Shown here: piece after piece, positions 8,232 through 18,756 of the stretch
Numbering within the stretch: the first letter of the stretch is position 1
How the letters are laid out: each line of letters opens with the position of its first letter
Assembly (NCBI GenBank): GCA_965219995.1
Contig: CBDCOX010000002.1
Span: 352,001 to 416,000 of the forward strand
Direction of reading: 5' to 3'
DNA length: 64,000 nt
Source: Candidatus Latescibacterota bacterium
GTDB lineage: Bacteria > Latescibacterota > UBA2968 > GCA-2709665
Translations under genes and position numbers: made by a program
Notes under the pieces: generated by a model
Database searches by the model: none
Told to the model about the DNA's origin: nothing
Seen by the model: only the letters and a program-made list of their open reading frames with translations

Positions 8232-11200
8232 ATGACTCGTTTGAGTTTCGGCCTGACATTACTGTTCCTGGCGTCGCCGGCCGTGGCGTCGCGTGCGATG
8301 ACGGATTGGGCGGTCTACCAGCAGGACGACGGGCTTGCACACAACGTCGTGACCGCAGTCGTGCAGACGCAAGACGGCGCAATGTGGTTTGCCACACGCG
8401 GGGGTATCTCCCGATACGACGGCAGGACCTGGCGGACGTTTACCGAAAAGCAGGGATTGCCCGGCAACGGTTTCAGTGGACTGTACGAAGCCGAGGATGG
8501 CACCCTGTGGGCCACCGGTGGACTCGGATTTCGCGGGCAGATCGAAAACCACATCGCCCGGCTGGCCGGGGACCGCTGGGAGCCGGTCGAATTGCCCGGA
8601 AACCTCGCGGATGTAAACGTGGGGCCGGTGATCGGCGTCGGCGGTGGCGGCCTGTGTTTTGCGACCGGGGGTATGGGAATACTCCACTTTACCGGTGACG
8701 AATGGAAGACGATCGATGAAGTGGATGGGCTTGCGTCCAACTACGTGCAATGCCTCTTGCGGTCGAAAGACGGCGCCGTATGGGCCGCGTACACGGGGCG
8801 GCGTCCGGGTGTGCCGTCTCCGGCCCGTCCGAGGCGGGGTGGGGGTGGGGGCATGAGCCGGTTCGACCCCGCAACCAATGAATGGGCGGACGTCCACCCG
8901 CCTGGCGAACTGTCGGGTGGAGCGGTCACGACGATGGCACAGGCGGTTGACGGCGCCGTATGGCTGGGCACACTGAATCGCGGCGTCATGCGTTACGACG
9001 GATTGCATTGGCAGGGATTCACCGTCGCGGACGGACTGCCCGCGGACCGGGTGTTGTCCGTGGCCGCGGCGCCCGACGGGTCGATCTGGGTGGGAACCGT
9101 GGGGGGCGTGGTGCGGTTCGCGGCATCCGAAAGTGAATCGCAGGTGGGGGATCGCGGGCCGGTTCTTCAGGTCTTTACGGAGGAGAACGGGCTTCCCAGC
9201 AATCTGGTGACGTCCGTCAGCACAAGCACAGACGGTTCCGTCTGGGTGGGAACGGCATGGGGTGTGGCGCGGTACGGCGCTACCGGCTGGGACCACCATA
9301 CCCGTTGGGCGGGAGCGTCCGACCGTGGCGGGGTGGCCCTTGAACGTACGGCGGACGGCCGCTTGTGGGCGGCCACCGGAGAGCGGGTCTACGAATATGA
9401 CGGCGCCAACTGGAACGAGGCGTACCGGATTCGGAGGAACGGCCGCAGAAGGCCCGGGCGCATCGTGGCGCTGAAAAAAGGACGGGGCGGTACGCTCTGG
9501 GCCGCCGTCGGCCGGCGAGTGTTACGGTATGACGGCGTCTATTGGAAGGAATTCGGACTGCCCCTGTCGGGCCCCGGGTCGCGGATTCTCTCTATGTTTC
9601 CCGCGCGTTCCGGCGGGGCGTGGGCAGGCACGCGCGCCGGGCTCTTTAGACTCGACGGGGAGGAATGGTCCGCGCACACACCCGGGGTGTCAGGTGGAGT
9701 GAATGCGGTATACGAGTCAGGCGATGGCGCCCTCTGGCTTGGCGCCGCGGCCGGTGTCGTTCTGGAGAAAGACGGCGAACGAAGGACGTTCACCACTGTC
9801 CACGGGTTGCCCGACGAGCCGGTCATCGCGCTGGCGGAAGCGCACGGCGCCGTGTGGGCCGCAACCCGATTTAAGGGCATGTTTCGGTACAATCGGGGTG
9901 CGTGGGAGGCCGTTCCGAGCGGAGATCAGACCGTTTTCGGCGGGGCGCACAGGCTTTTCGTGGATGACGACGGCATACTCTGGCTGGCGTCTCTTGCAAT
10001 AGGCGCCGTCCATACCGACGGGGAGACCTGGACGCGATACACGACGCGCAGCGGCCTGCCCGGCGCCAGCGTGTGGGACATCGCACAGGACAGGCACGGC
10101 CGTTTCTGGTTTGCAACGGACAGGGGGCTGGGATGCTATACGAGAGATGCGATCGCACCGGAAACAACGCTATCCATGCCTTCCAACGAAGTGGCGCCCT
10201 ACCAGAGTGTGTTGTTCAAGTTCTCCGGTCAGGATGCATGGAAGGAGACCCCAACGCGGGATCTGAAATACGCGTGGCGGGTGGACGGCGGCGACTGGTC
10301 GGTGTTTTCGGGCGAGGACCAGGCGCTCCTCGGCCGCGTTGATCCGGGACCTCACACGTTCGAGGTGCGTGCGATGGACCGGGTATTCAATGTAGATCCG
10401 ACGCCGGCGCGCCGCACGTTCGTGGTTCTGGCGCCGGTCTGGCAGCGGCCGTGGTTCGTGGCGCTCAGTGTATTTTCTTTCGTGGCCCTTTGCGTATCGT
10501 CCGGCTACGCGCTGCACCGTCATCGGCGGTGGCGGGAGGCGCAGGCGCGGCAGATTCAAGAGCTGGAATCCGAGTTGCAGCAGGCACACAGGATGCAGAT
10601 GGGTCTGCTGCCCACAGGCCCGATCCGGGACGAATCCTTTGAAATCGCGGGGGTGTGCGCGCCCGCGAACCACGTAGGCGGCGACTATTTCAATTATTTC
10701 TGGCTTGACGAGCGTACGCTGGGCTTCGGCGCGGCGGACGTATCGGGAAAGGCGATGGAGGCCGCGGTTCGCGCGATGCAGTTGAGCGGAATATTCAGGT
10801 ACGAATTTCGAGGCCGGAGGCCGCTGAACGAGGTAGCAATGCGGCTGGACGAGGATCTGAAAGAGCAGATGGACGAGGCCAGTTTCGTCACCTGCTGCCT
10901 CGGCACGCTGGACCTCGACACACGGTGTGTGCAACTGATCAATGCCGCCCATCCCTTCCCGTATCACTATTCCGCCAGCGCTCAGGAGTTGCGCGAAATT
11001 CACCTGCCGTCCATACCATTGGGCATGGTGTTGCCCCCGGGAAGCCCCGGCGGGCACGCGGAGGCCGCCATCCGCGTCGCACCGGACGACTTGCTGGTGT
11101 TCTACAGCGATGGTGTAACGGATATGAGGAACCCGGAGGGGGAATTCTACGAGGCGGATCGGCTGGAACAGACCATCAAGGCGCACATTCAGGCAGGCGC

Positions 11201-11324
11201 CGCGGATCTGGTTTCGGTGATCCTCGAGGATGTAAACCGTTTCAAGGGAGAGGCGTCTCAGTCAGACGATATCACGCTTCTGGTGATTCGAATGCTGAAG
11301 GGCGGCCGCGCGGAAACCGGCTGA
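8232..11324 (+). CDS. Membrane sensor: beta-propeller (Reg_prop) repeats, Y_Y_Y domain, TM helix and SpoIIE/PP2C phosphatase
   Basis: Signal peptide; repeated GLxxNxV...DGxxWxxT units; YAWRVDG..PGPHTFEVRA; TM helix; GGDYF, ADVSGK, YSDGVTD, DDITL. Confidence 0.9.
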   Translation: MTRLSFGLTLLFLASPAVASRAMTDWAVYQQDDGLAHNVVTAVVQTQDGAMWFATRGGISRYDGRTWRTFTEKQGLPGNGFSGLYEAEDGTLWATGGLGFRGQIENHIARLAGDRWEPVELPGNLADVNVGPVIGVGGGGLCFATGGMGILHFTGDEWKTIDEVDGLASNYVQCLLRSKDGAVWAAYTGRRPGVPSPARPRRGGGGGMSRFDPATNEWADVHPPGELSGGAVTTMAQAVDGAVWLGTLNRGVMRYDGLHWQGFTVADGLPADRVLSVAAAPDGSIWVGTVGGVVRFAASESESQVGDRGPVLQVFTEENGLPSNLVTSVSTSTDGSVWVGTAWGVARYGATGWDHHTRWAGASDRGGVALERTADGRLWAATGERVYEYDGANWNEAYRIRRNGRRRPGRIVALKKGRGGTLWAAVGRRVLRYDGVYWKEFGLPLSGPGSRILSMFPARSGGAWAGTRAGLFRLDGEEWSAHTPGVSGGVNAVYESGDGALWLGAAAGVVLEKDGERRTFTTVHGLPDEPVIALAEAHGAVWAATRFKGMFRYNRGAWEAVPSGDQTVFGGAHRLFVDDDGILWLASLAIGAVHTDGETWTRYTTRSGLPGASVWDIAQDRHGRFWFATDRGLGCYTRDAIAPETTLSMPSNEVAPYQSVLFKFSGQDAWKETPTRDLKYAWRVDGGDWSVFSGEDQALLGRVDPGPHTFEVRAMDRVFNVDPTPARRTFVVLAPVWQRPWFVALSVFSFVALCVSSGYALHRHRRWREAQARQIQELESELQQAHRMQMGLLPTGPIRDESFEIAGVCAPANHVGGDYFNYFWLDERTLGFGAADVSGKAMEAAVRAMQLSGIFRYEFRGRRPLNEVAMRLDEDLKEQMDEASFVTCCLGTLDLDTRCVQLINAAHPFPYHYSASAQELREIHLPSIPLGMVLPPGSPGGHAEAAIRVAPDDLLVFYSDGVTDMRNPEGEFYEADRLEQTIKAHIQAGAADLVSVILEDVNRFKGEASQSDDITLLVIRMLKGGRAETG

Positions 11325-11379
11325 TGAAACCCGAGACACCCGGTGTTTGCAGGCCGCGTCACGTCGTGTGACAGGGTGC

Positions 11380-12258
11380 CTATACGCGTTCGTTTTCGTC
11401 CGCAGGCCCGACCCCGGGATTCCGCGCTTCCGCGGATTTCACTGTCTGGGCGATCAGGGTGGCAATGGTCATCGGCCCGACGCCACCGGGAACGGGCGTG
11501 TATGCCGCGCATCGGCCCACGACAGCAGAGAGTTCCACGTCGCCGACCGGCCCCGGATGGTAACCGGCGTCGATGACGACCGCGTCGTCCGCGATCCAGT
11601 CGGCCCTGATGAACTCCGGTCGCCCGACCGCCCCGACGACAATGTCGGCCCCACGGACAATACCTGGCAGATTTCGGGTTCTGGAATGACAAATGGTCAC
11701 GGTGGCGTTCGCGTTCAGCAGCATCATGGCCATCGGTTTGCCCAGAATGGGGCTCCGACCGACCACAACGGCGTTTCGGCCCTCCAGTGGAATCTCGTAA
11801 TGTAGAAGAAGCCTCATGACACCCGCCGGTGTCGCCGCGCCGTAGGCGGACGCACCCATCGCCATCAGACCGAAGCCGTGCGCCGTGACGCCGTCCACGT
11901 CTTTGTGGGGCGAGATCCGGTCGAAGCACGTCCGCTCGTGGATATGGGCTGGCACCGGATGCTGCAGAAGGATTCCGTGTACGCGGGGGTCCGCGTTGAG
12001 TCTGTCGATTTCAGCCAGGAGTTGGCGCGTGGTTGTTGCTTCCTTCAACAGGACTCGATTTGAATCCATGCCCACCCGTTTGCAGGCGTAGCCTTTCATT
12101 CGCACATAGGTGGCCGAGGCGGGGTCGTCACCCACCAGAATGGTGGCCAGTACGGGGACCATGCCGTCCGCCCGGTCCCGTATGCGCGCCACCCGTTGTT
12201 TCAGATCGAATTCAATCTGTCCGGCGAGTCTCTTTCCATCCAGAACCGTTGCAGGCAT
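11380..12258 (-). CDS. folD: Bifunctional methylenetetrahydrofolate dehydrogenase/cyclohydrolase
   Basis: [37 protein letters not shown]; AGGGAGG RBS before ATG 12258. Confidence 0.96.
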   Translation of the reverse strand: MPATVLDGKRLAGQIEFDLKQRVARIRDRADGMVPVLATILVGDDPASATYVRMKGYACKRVGMDSNRVLLKEATTTRQLLAEIDRLNADPRVHGILLQHPVPAHIHERTCFDRISPHKDVDGVTAHGFGLMAMGASAYGAATPAGVMRLLLHYEIPLEGRNAVVVGRSPILGKPMAMMLLNANATVTICHSRTRNLPGIVRGADIVVGAVGRPEFIRADWIADDAVVIDAGYHPGPVGDVELSAVVGRCAAYTPVPGGVGPMTIATLIAQTVKSAEARNPGVGPADENERV

Positions 12259-12371
12259 CGCGCCTCCCTGTCTGCGGTCTATCACCCTCGCGCGTCCTCC
12301 GGTTGTCCAAACCGGCCCCCGGACGTGACGGCGCCGGCCCGTTCACACCTCGTCATGTCTCCTGTTCCCTC

Positions 12372-15300
12372 CTACCCTTCTTCGCACCACTTCCGGGCAT
12401 TCTGGAACAGCTGCAGCCAGGGCGAAGCGCTCAGGCACTGTTTCCAGGATTCCGGCATCCAGCCCCATTGCCACTTCAGGAACGTCCTCTCCGGGTGCGG
12501 CATCATCGCCAGGTGTCGACCGTCCGGGGAACAGAGGGCGGCGATGCCAAGGGGAGAGCCGTTGGGATTGAACGGATAGGCTTCACTGATTCGATTGGCG
12601 TCGTCGACGTATCGGATGGGGGCCAGGCTGTCCTGAATGACCCCGTCGAGCGTTTCGACGTCCGGAAAATGGACTCGGCCCTCACCGTGCGCAACCCAGA
12701 TCCCGAGGGAAGCGCCCGTCATGTCTTTGAGCATCACCGCCGGACTCTCCTGGATCTGTACCGTGACAAAGCGTGACTCGAAACGCCCGGACGTATTCTG
12801 AATGAAGCGAGGCTGACTCCCGGTTTCGATGCCCGGCCGGGGTACCCATCCGAGCAGGGCCATCAGCTGGCAGCCGTTGCAGACGCCCAGGCTGAATGTG
12901 TCGCGCCGTTCGTAGAACGATTGAAACTGATCATGCATCCCCGGACTGAACCGGATGACTCCCGCCCATCCCTTGGCGGAGTCCAGGACGTCCGCGTAAC
13001 TGAAACCACCGACAAACGCGATGCCGCGAAAGGCATCCAGTCGGACCCTGTCTTCCTGAAGATCCGACATGGTCAGGTCCCAGGGCTCCATGCCTGCCGC
13101 ATGGAACGCCGAGGCCATCTCACGGTCGCCGTTGCTGCCTTCCTCGCGGACGATGGCAACCGGAATCTTTGTCCGGGACGCCAGAATCTCGGGCGCGGTC
13201 GGCGCCGGCGTGAACGGTACCGTGTACGGGGGCGCCACTCGCTGCCTCAGCGAGTGGCGTTCCTGTTCCACACACAGCGGGTTCGCCTGTAGCCGTTCGA
13301 GACGGTAGCTCGTTTCCTCCCACAGGTCACGCAGGGCCGCCATGTCGTCGTCGAGTACGGTCAGGCCGTTCACGTCGATCCGTACCGACGTGTCCTCCGT
13401 GGTTTCGCCAATGGGAATACAGGGCACGTCCGCGGCCTCGAGGGTATTGAGAACATGGGATGCTCTTTCGGCATGTACCTCGAATACCAGGCCCATCTCC
13501 TCGGAAAAGAGGGACGCGATCGGATCTGAAGGCGCCGGAAGTTCGATGCGGATGCCGCAATTTCCGGCAAACGCCATTTCGAGCAGGCAGGTGACGATGC
13601 CGCCGTCGCTACGGTCGTGACCCGCGGCAACGGTGTTCTCGGCGATGAGTCGCTGCATGGCGTTGAACGCGCGTTTAAGCAGTCCGGGGTCGTCCACGTC
13701 GGGCGGCGTATCGCCCGTCTGGCTGTACACCTGGGCAAGGGCGGAGCCGCCAAGGCGGTTCCTTCCGCCTGACAGGTCGATGAAGAGCAGGCGACCGCAA
13801 CCGGGGTGTTTGAGGTCCGGCGTGACAACCCTGGTGACATCCGGACAGGTTACATAGGCCGAAACGACCAGGGCTCCCGGCGCGGTCACGGTTTCCTCGG
13901 TCCCGTCCGGTCCGGGGGCCAGCGCGGCCATGGAAAGGCTGTCTTTCCCGCCGTCGATGGCGATACCCAATTCAAGCATCATGTCCACCATGGACCTGGC
14001 CGCATCGTAGAGCGCGGCGCCTTCGCCCGGCAGTTTCGCTGCCCACATCCAGTTTCCGGAGCACTTGACGTCTTCCAACGCGCTTATCTGAGCCCATACC
14101 AGATTGGTCAGTGCTTCTCCGACGGTCATCCGGGCCATCGCCGCGGGGTCCACCAGACCGATTACGGGCTGCTCGCCGATGGCCGTGGCGGCGCCGGTGA
14201 TGCCGAAGTGGCTCTGCGCGATCACGGCGACGTCCGAGACCGTGAGCTGAAGCGGGCCCGCGCATTGCTGGCGGGCAACCAGTCCGGTGACGCTCCGATC
14301 GACCTTGTTGGTCAGAAAACGTTTGGAGCCAACCGACACGAGGCGCAACACCCTCTCCAATGCGGACTGTACGGTGACGTCTCTGGGCAAACTGAGGGGG
14401 GCCAATTCGGGTTGACTGTGGTATAGTTCGAATTTCTTCCGGGGCATGTCGCCAAGCACTCTGTCCAGTTCCAGGTCAACCGGGGTGGTGTTGTCATCTT
14501 CGTCGTACAGGACGATTCTTCCGCTCCCGGTTACATGGCCCACAAACGCCGCCTGTATCTTTTCGCGACCGCACAGGGCTCTGAACGAGTCCTCGTGCCG
14601 GGGATGCAGAAGCAGGGCGTCGTTTTCCTGGTATTCTGCGCCCCAGATCTCCAGCACGGAAAGTGACCGGTCGCCCACGGGCAACTCGCGAACGTCGATA
14701 CGGGCGCCTTCAGGCTCGACAATTTCCTTGAGCACGTTACAGTTGCCGCCGGCCCCCTGGTCGTGGATGCTGACGATGGGGTTGTCGTCGCCCATTTCCA
14801 CGCATGCGCGGATGACCCGGTTTACTTTCTGCTCCATTTCCGCATCGCCCCTTTGTACCGCGTTGAAGTCCAGTTCGGCCGTATTCTCGCCCTGCACCAT
14901 CGACGACGCCGCCCCGCCTCCCATCCCGATCCGGTACGCGGGACCTCCGAGCTTGACCACCCACATCTTCTTTTCGGGGCTTCCCTTGGTCGCGTGGCGG
15001 GCGTCGATCTGGCCGATGCCCCCGGTGAACATGATGGGCTTGATCCATTCGCGGCGTTGTCCGTTCGGCAGCCGCAGACCGAAGGCGCGGGTATAGCCCT
15101 GAATGAGCGGTTCGCCGAATTTGTTGCCGTAGTCGGACGCGCCGTTGCTGGCTTCAATCTCGATCCGGACGGGAGATGCCAGATTGTCGGGATATTCGAA
15201 CGCCGCGTCCTCCCATGGCATCTCGTAGCCGGGTATGCGGAGATTGCCCACGCAGTAGGCCGCGGTACCGGCAACAACCAGGCCGCCCCGACCAGCGGCA

Positions 15301-16316
15301 TGCACGTCCCGGATACGGCCGCCCGTGCCGGTTTCGGCGCCCGGGAACGGCGCGACTCCGGTGGGGAAATTATGCGTTTCAGCGGTGAAGATTATGTCAT
15401 AATTCCGTTCGGAAGCGGTGAATGGGCTCGGCTCTCCGGGCCTGACGGGCAGGATGGTTCTTGCGGAATACCCTCTGATGCCGCTGGCGTTGTCCCTGAA
15501 CGCGATGGTGCTATTCCCGGGATTGGCCGCCAGGGGCCGCTGAATCATGCCCAGGAGGTGTTCCGGTATCTCCTCGCCGTCGATCGTCAGCCGGCCTTGA
15601 AAAAACCAGTGCCGGGAGTGTTCGCTGTTGGACTGGGCGATGTCGAAACATTCCACGTTCGTGGGATTGCGTCGGAGGTGATCCAGAAAGAGGTCCGTGT
15701 AATAGTCGAGGTCCCATTCGTCGAAGGCCAGTCCCAACGCAGTGTTGATGCGTTCCAGCGCCGGTCTGCCTTCCTGAATGAGCGGAACCTCGGAGACGGG
15801 CTCCGGTTGCACGCCGGTCTCGAAGGACGACTGCGGCGAGGGGTATTCGCATTCGGTCATGCGGTCATGGATCAGTTCGAGGAATGCGGATTCCTGCTCG
15901 TGCGTCAGCCGGGGCCGCAGCAGATAGCGCCTCGAGCGTTCGATGCGAGTGATTCCCGTCAGACCGCATGCGTGGCAGACGGAAACGGCGTTCGTGGACC
16001 AGGCCGTGGTGAAGTTGAGGCGAGGACCCACCTCGATCAGCGTGCCGTCATCGCCCAGAAACGGCGCCGGACCGAACTTTTCCGGTTCGAAGGTCTCGCT
16101 AAGGAGCCACGTGAGCCGTTCCCGTTCAACGGCGGTTAATGAACCCTCCAGTTCGACATTGAAGCAGGCTTCGGTTTCAAGCCGCGCAACACCGTGCCAG
16201 ACTGTCTTTCTGACCTGGCCGATCAGGGTGTCGGTCTGAGCCGGAGACAGGTGCGGTATGCGGTATAGATGAAGAAGACCCACGTTCCGTTTTATTTCCT
16301 TTCCGGCACTTTCCAT
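12372..16316 (-). CDS. purL: Phosphoribosylformylglycinamidine synthase, large single-chain type
   Basis: SNSEHSRHWFF, AETHNFPT, IHDQGAGG, IDGGKDSLSM, GGFSYADVL, GVCNGCQ, MMPHPER; start may be GTG 16283. Confidence 0.96.
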   Translation of the reverse strand: MESAGKEIKRNVGLLHLYRIPHLSPAQTDTLIGQVRKTVWHGVARLETEACFNVELEGSLTAVERERLTWLLSETFEPEKFGPAPFLGDDGTLIEVGPRLNFTTAWSTNAVSVCHACGLTGITRIERSRRYLLRPRLTHEQESAFLELIHDRMTECEYPSPQSSFETGVQPEPVSEVPLIQEGRPALERINTALGLAFDEWDLDYYTDLFLDHLRRNPTNVECFDIAQSNSEHSRHWFFQGRLTIDGEEIPEHLLGMIQRPLAANPGNSTIAFRDNASGIRGYSARTILPVRPGEPSPFTASERNYDIIFTAETHNFPTGVAPFPGAETGTGGRIRDVHAAGRGGLVVAGTAAYCVGNLRIPGYEMPWEDAAFEYPDNLASPVRIEIEASNGASDYGNKFGEPLIQGYTRAFGLRLPNGQRREWIKPIMFTGGIGQIDARHATKGSPEKKMWVVKLGGPAYRIGMGGGAASSMVQGENTAELDFNAVQRGDAEMEQKVNRVIRACVEMGDDNPIVSIHDQGAGGNCNVLKEIVEPEGARIDVRELPVGDRSLSVLEIWGAEYQENDALLLHPRHEDSFRALCGREKIQAAFVGHVTGSGRIVLYDEDDNTTPVDLELDRVLGDMPRKKFELYHSQPELAPLSLPRDVTVQSALERVLRLVSVGSKRFLTNKVDRSVTGLVARQQCAGPLQLTVSDVAVIAQSHFGITGAATAIGEQPVIGLVDPAAMARMTVGEALTNLVWAQISALEDVKCSGNWMWAAKLPGEGAALYDAARSMVDMMLELGIAIDGGKDSLSMAALAPGPDGTEETVTAPGALVVSAYVTCPDVTRVVTPDLKHPGCGRLLFIDLSGGRNRLGGSALAQVYSQTGDTPPDVDDPGLLKRAFNAMQRLIAENTVAAGHDRSDGGIVTCLLEMAFAGNCGIRIELPAPSDPIASLFSEEMGLVFEVHAERASHVLNTLEAADVPCIPIGETTEDTSVRIDVNGLTVLDDDMAALRDLWEETSYRLERLQANPLCVEQERHSLRQRVAPPYTVPFTPAPTAPEILASRTKIPVAIVREEGSNGDREMASAFHAAGMEPWDLTMSDLQEDRVRLDAFRGIAFVGGFSYADVLDSAKGWAGVIRFSPGMHDQFQSFYERRDTFSLGVCNGCQLMALLGWVPRPGIETGSQPRFIQNTSGRFESRFVTVQIQESPAVMLKDMTGASLGIWVAHGEGRVHFPDVETLDGVIQDSLAPIRYVDDANRISEAYPFNPNGSPLGIAALCSPDGRHLAMMPHPERTFLKWQWGWMPESWKQCLSASPWLQLFQNARKWCEEG

Positions 16317-17044
16317 TGAGAAGCACCGATGCGGTTATGCAACAACTCGGGCAGGGATCGGATGATTCGATCCGGACGAACGTCGCAGTCGTCCGGCAGA
16401 CCCACGCCTTTGGCGTCGTTCCAGATGCAGTAGATGCCCAGCTTCTGCGGAACGGCAACTTCCCATTCCAGGTTGTCGCCCACCATCCACGCTTCCGCGG
16501 GCGCGGCGTCCAGGAGGCGGAGCGCATCCAGATAGATCCGGGTATCCGGCTTTCCGTAACCACATTCTCCTTCGATGAGGACGGCGTCGAAGAGTGGCGC
16601 GAGATTGAACCTGCGTATCTTTTCCCGCTGGGGTTCGGCGCCTCCGTTCGTTACCAGCGCCATCCGCACACCGTTGGCCTGAAGCATGCGCAGGGCTTCG
16701 AGGGCGCCCGGGAACGGCTTGATCGTCTTTCCTCGTTCGCGATCGTACAATTGCGCGATCGTCCCCGCCATTTCCCAGTCTTCAATGCCAAGAAGGCGCA
16801 GGCCATGGTGGATGACTCGCTGATACGCCAGCGGCATGTTCTGGCGGTTCGCCCGGTGCCGTTCGGGATCGGCCCAAAACCACGTTCTGGCCGCGGTCAG
16901 CGTCGTGTAGAGCGACTCCGCATCGACGCCGTCAATCCGGCCTGCGGTATCGTAGCAGACCCGTTTCCAACATGGTCCCGCGTACGTGGAATAGGACACG
17001 ATGGTATCGTCCAGATCAACAAGCATCGCGACGGGCAGATGCAT
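16292..17044 (-). CDS. HAD-superfamily hydrolase (YjjG/YigB-like)
   Basis: DLDDT motif I, VTNG, GKPD, MVGDN. Confidence 0.88.
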   Translation of the reverse strand: MHLPVAMLVDLDDTIVSYSTYAGPCWKRVCYDTAGRIDGVDAESLYTTLTAARTWFWADPERHRANRQNMPLAYQRVIHHGLRLLGIEDWEMAGTIAQLYDRERGKTIKPFPGALEALRMLQANGVRMALVTNGGAEPQREKIRRFNLAPLFDAVLIEGECGYGKPDTRIYLDALRLLDAAPAEAWMVGDNLEWEVAVPQKLGIYCIWNDAKGVGLPDDCDVRPDRIIRSLPELLHNRIGASQWKVPERK

Positions 17045-17280
17045 ATCGGAGTTTCCTGCAAAAATTGAAAACAGCGTTGCGTTGTTCGCGAGGCACGCAC
17101 CGGAACTCGTGGGAGGCGGCAGTACCTCCGTGGAGAAGATCGGTATAAAAGTAGCGAGTCGCGGCCCATATCGCAAATTTATAAATTTGATTAATTCAAT
17201 AAAATATTTTTATATTTCAAGGAGGACCGATTGTCGGCGACGCTCCGGGCGCTCCTTTGGCCTGCCGAACCCGAATTGAG

Positions 17281-17309
17281 TTGACATCCCGATTTGACGG
17301 CCCTATCTT
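17281..17309 (+). promoter_or_regulatory. Sigma70-type promoter for aldo/keto reductase
   Basis: TTGACA-N17-TATCTT. Confidence 0.65.
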
Positions 17310-17416
17310 CTGGTGGCATCCAAGCGATGTCGTTTTCGGCCTTCGATGGGTTCGCCGGGAGGGAACCTTCGGGGGCCGTTTTGACATGACAGTCTTTAGC
17401 CTCGACGGGAGTAAGC

Positions 17417-18370
17417 ATGAATCTCCGTGCGCTATGCAGGGGCGGTCCCAGGATTTCGGAGGTCGGACTCGGCGCCGGACCGTTCCGGGGATTGGACTGG
17501 GGACCCGTGGACGACGAGACATCGGTACGTACCGTGTACCGTGCGCTCGACGTGGGCGTAAACTTCTTCGATACGGCGGACGCTTACGGGAACGGTCGCA
17601 GCGAACGCGTACTGGGCAGGGCGCTGGCGGGAAAGCGGGAACAGGTTGTGCTGGCCACCAAGGGCGGCTGGTGGTACGTGGACGGTGCGCCCTACTGCGA
17701 TTTCTCGTTGATTTACCTGTGCCGCGCGGTAGAGGCCAGTCTGCAGTCTCTGAGAACGGACTATATCGATCTCTACTACATCCACGATCCGGATACCGAG
17801 ACCATTCGGCGAAGCGGGGTCTTCGAATTCCTGAACCGGTTGAAAGAGGCGGGCACCATCCGTTTCGCCGGCGTTTCGGTCGATACGGTCGAGCAGGCGC
17901 GGCTGTGCATCGACTCCGGCTGTGTGGACGTGATTCAAGTTTATTACAATATCCTGGACCAGCGTCCGGACCCCGGTCTGTTCGAAGCGGCACGAGCAGC
18001 GGGTGTCGGAACGGTAATCAAAGCGCCCATGGCGCGGGGTCTGCTGAGCGGGAAGTACCGAGTGGATTCGCGATTTCCGGGAGCGGACTTTCGGTCGGCC
18101 TGGCGCAGAGACGGCCGATTGCAGCGAGCGCTTGCCCGGGTGGCGAGGGTGGAGGCTCAGGTGGGCGACCTGAGTCCCACGCTTGCGCAGACGGCCCTCA
18201 GGTTCGTATTGAGCCATCCGGCCGTGTCGAGCGTGATTCCGGGCGCCAAGACGCCTGAGCAGGCCGAGGCAAATGCGGCGGCGTCTGAATTGGGGTCGCT
18301 GGGCGCCGCTGACGTTGCCGCGTTGAAGTCGCTCTACGGAGAGATGGCGGGGCCGGTTGACGTCCGGTAG
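17417..18370 (+). CDS. Aldo/keto reductase
   Basis: FDTADAYGNGRSE, ATKGG, SL..L.TDYIDLYYIH, IPGAK. Confidence 0.92.
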   Translation: MNLRALCRGGPRISEVGLGAGPFRGLDWGPVDDETSVRTVYRALDVGVNFFDTADAYGNGRSERVLGRALAGKREQVVLATKGGWWYVDGAPYCDFSLIYLCRAVEASLQSLRTDYIDLYYIHDPDTETIRRSGVFEFLNRLKEAGTIRFAGVSVDTVEQARLCIDSGCVDVIQVYYNILDQRPDPGLFEAARAAGVGTVIKAPMARGLLSGKYRVDSRFPGADFRSAWRRDGRLQRALARVARVEAQVGDLSPTLAQTALRFVLSHPAVSSVIPGAKTPEQAEANAAASELGSLGAADVAALKSLYGEMAGPVDVR

Positions 18371-18421
18371 CGGTATTGGGAAGCCAGCGCGTGGATGGGT
18401 GCGCGGGCGTGCATTCGGAAA

Positions 18422-18454
18422 CAAAAGAGGCGGGGTTTAACCCCGCCTCTTTTG
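18422..18454. terminator. Bidirectional intrinsic terminator
   Basis: Near-perfect palindrome CAAAAGAGGCGGGGTT-T-AACCCCGCCTCTTTTG between convergent genes. Confidence 0.85.
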
Positions 18455-18482
18455 CTTGTGGATGCCATTTGCAGATGCGGTC

Positions 18483-18668
18483 TCAGTCGGCGGCGATACC
18501 CAGGGGTTCCACGCCGGTACTCGCCTCGCCCGCCAGGGTCTGCCTGGCATTGTCCATAAACTGCGCGATACGCACCTGAAGATCTTTGGCTTCCGATTCA
18601 AACCGGTCCAACTCGTCCACGAGATCCTCATAGTCGAGGCGTGGCTCGACGCCTGCGCGGTTCGCCAT
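18483..18668 (-). CDS. Small hypothetical protein (61 aa, acidic, helical)
   Basis: AAGGGAG RBS, own promoter and terminator; no recognised family. Confidence 0.65.
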   Translation of the reverse strand: MANRAGVEPRLDYEDLVDELDRFESEAKDLQVRIAQFMDNARQTLAGEASTGVEPLGIAAD

Positions 18669-18756
18669 ACAACACACTCCCTTCGTGCAAGGGGAATCAG
18701 GGAGAGGGGGGAGGTTGATTGCCGTACACGCTCGGATGATTTATGTGAGGGATCAA

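Noticed and set aside
12259-12371. Possible ZTP/THF riboswitch between purL and folD
   Set aside because: Consensus elements not found; only a small CCGGTT/AACCGG hairpin
17175-17284. AT-rich patch followed by AAGGAGG and a 17-codon TTG ORF (17231-17284)
   Set aside because: Too short to support; the SD-like word pairs with downstream CTCCTT and the ORF overlaps the AKR promoter; more likely a divergent promoter region
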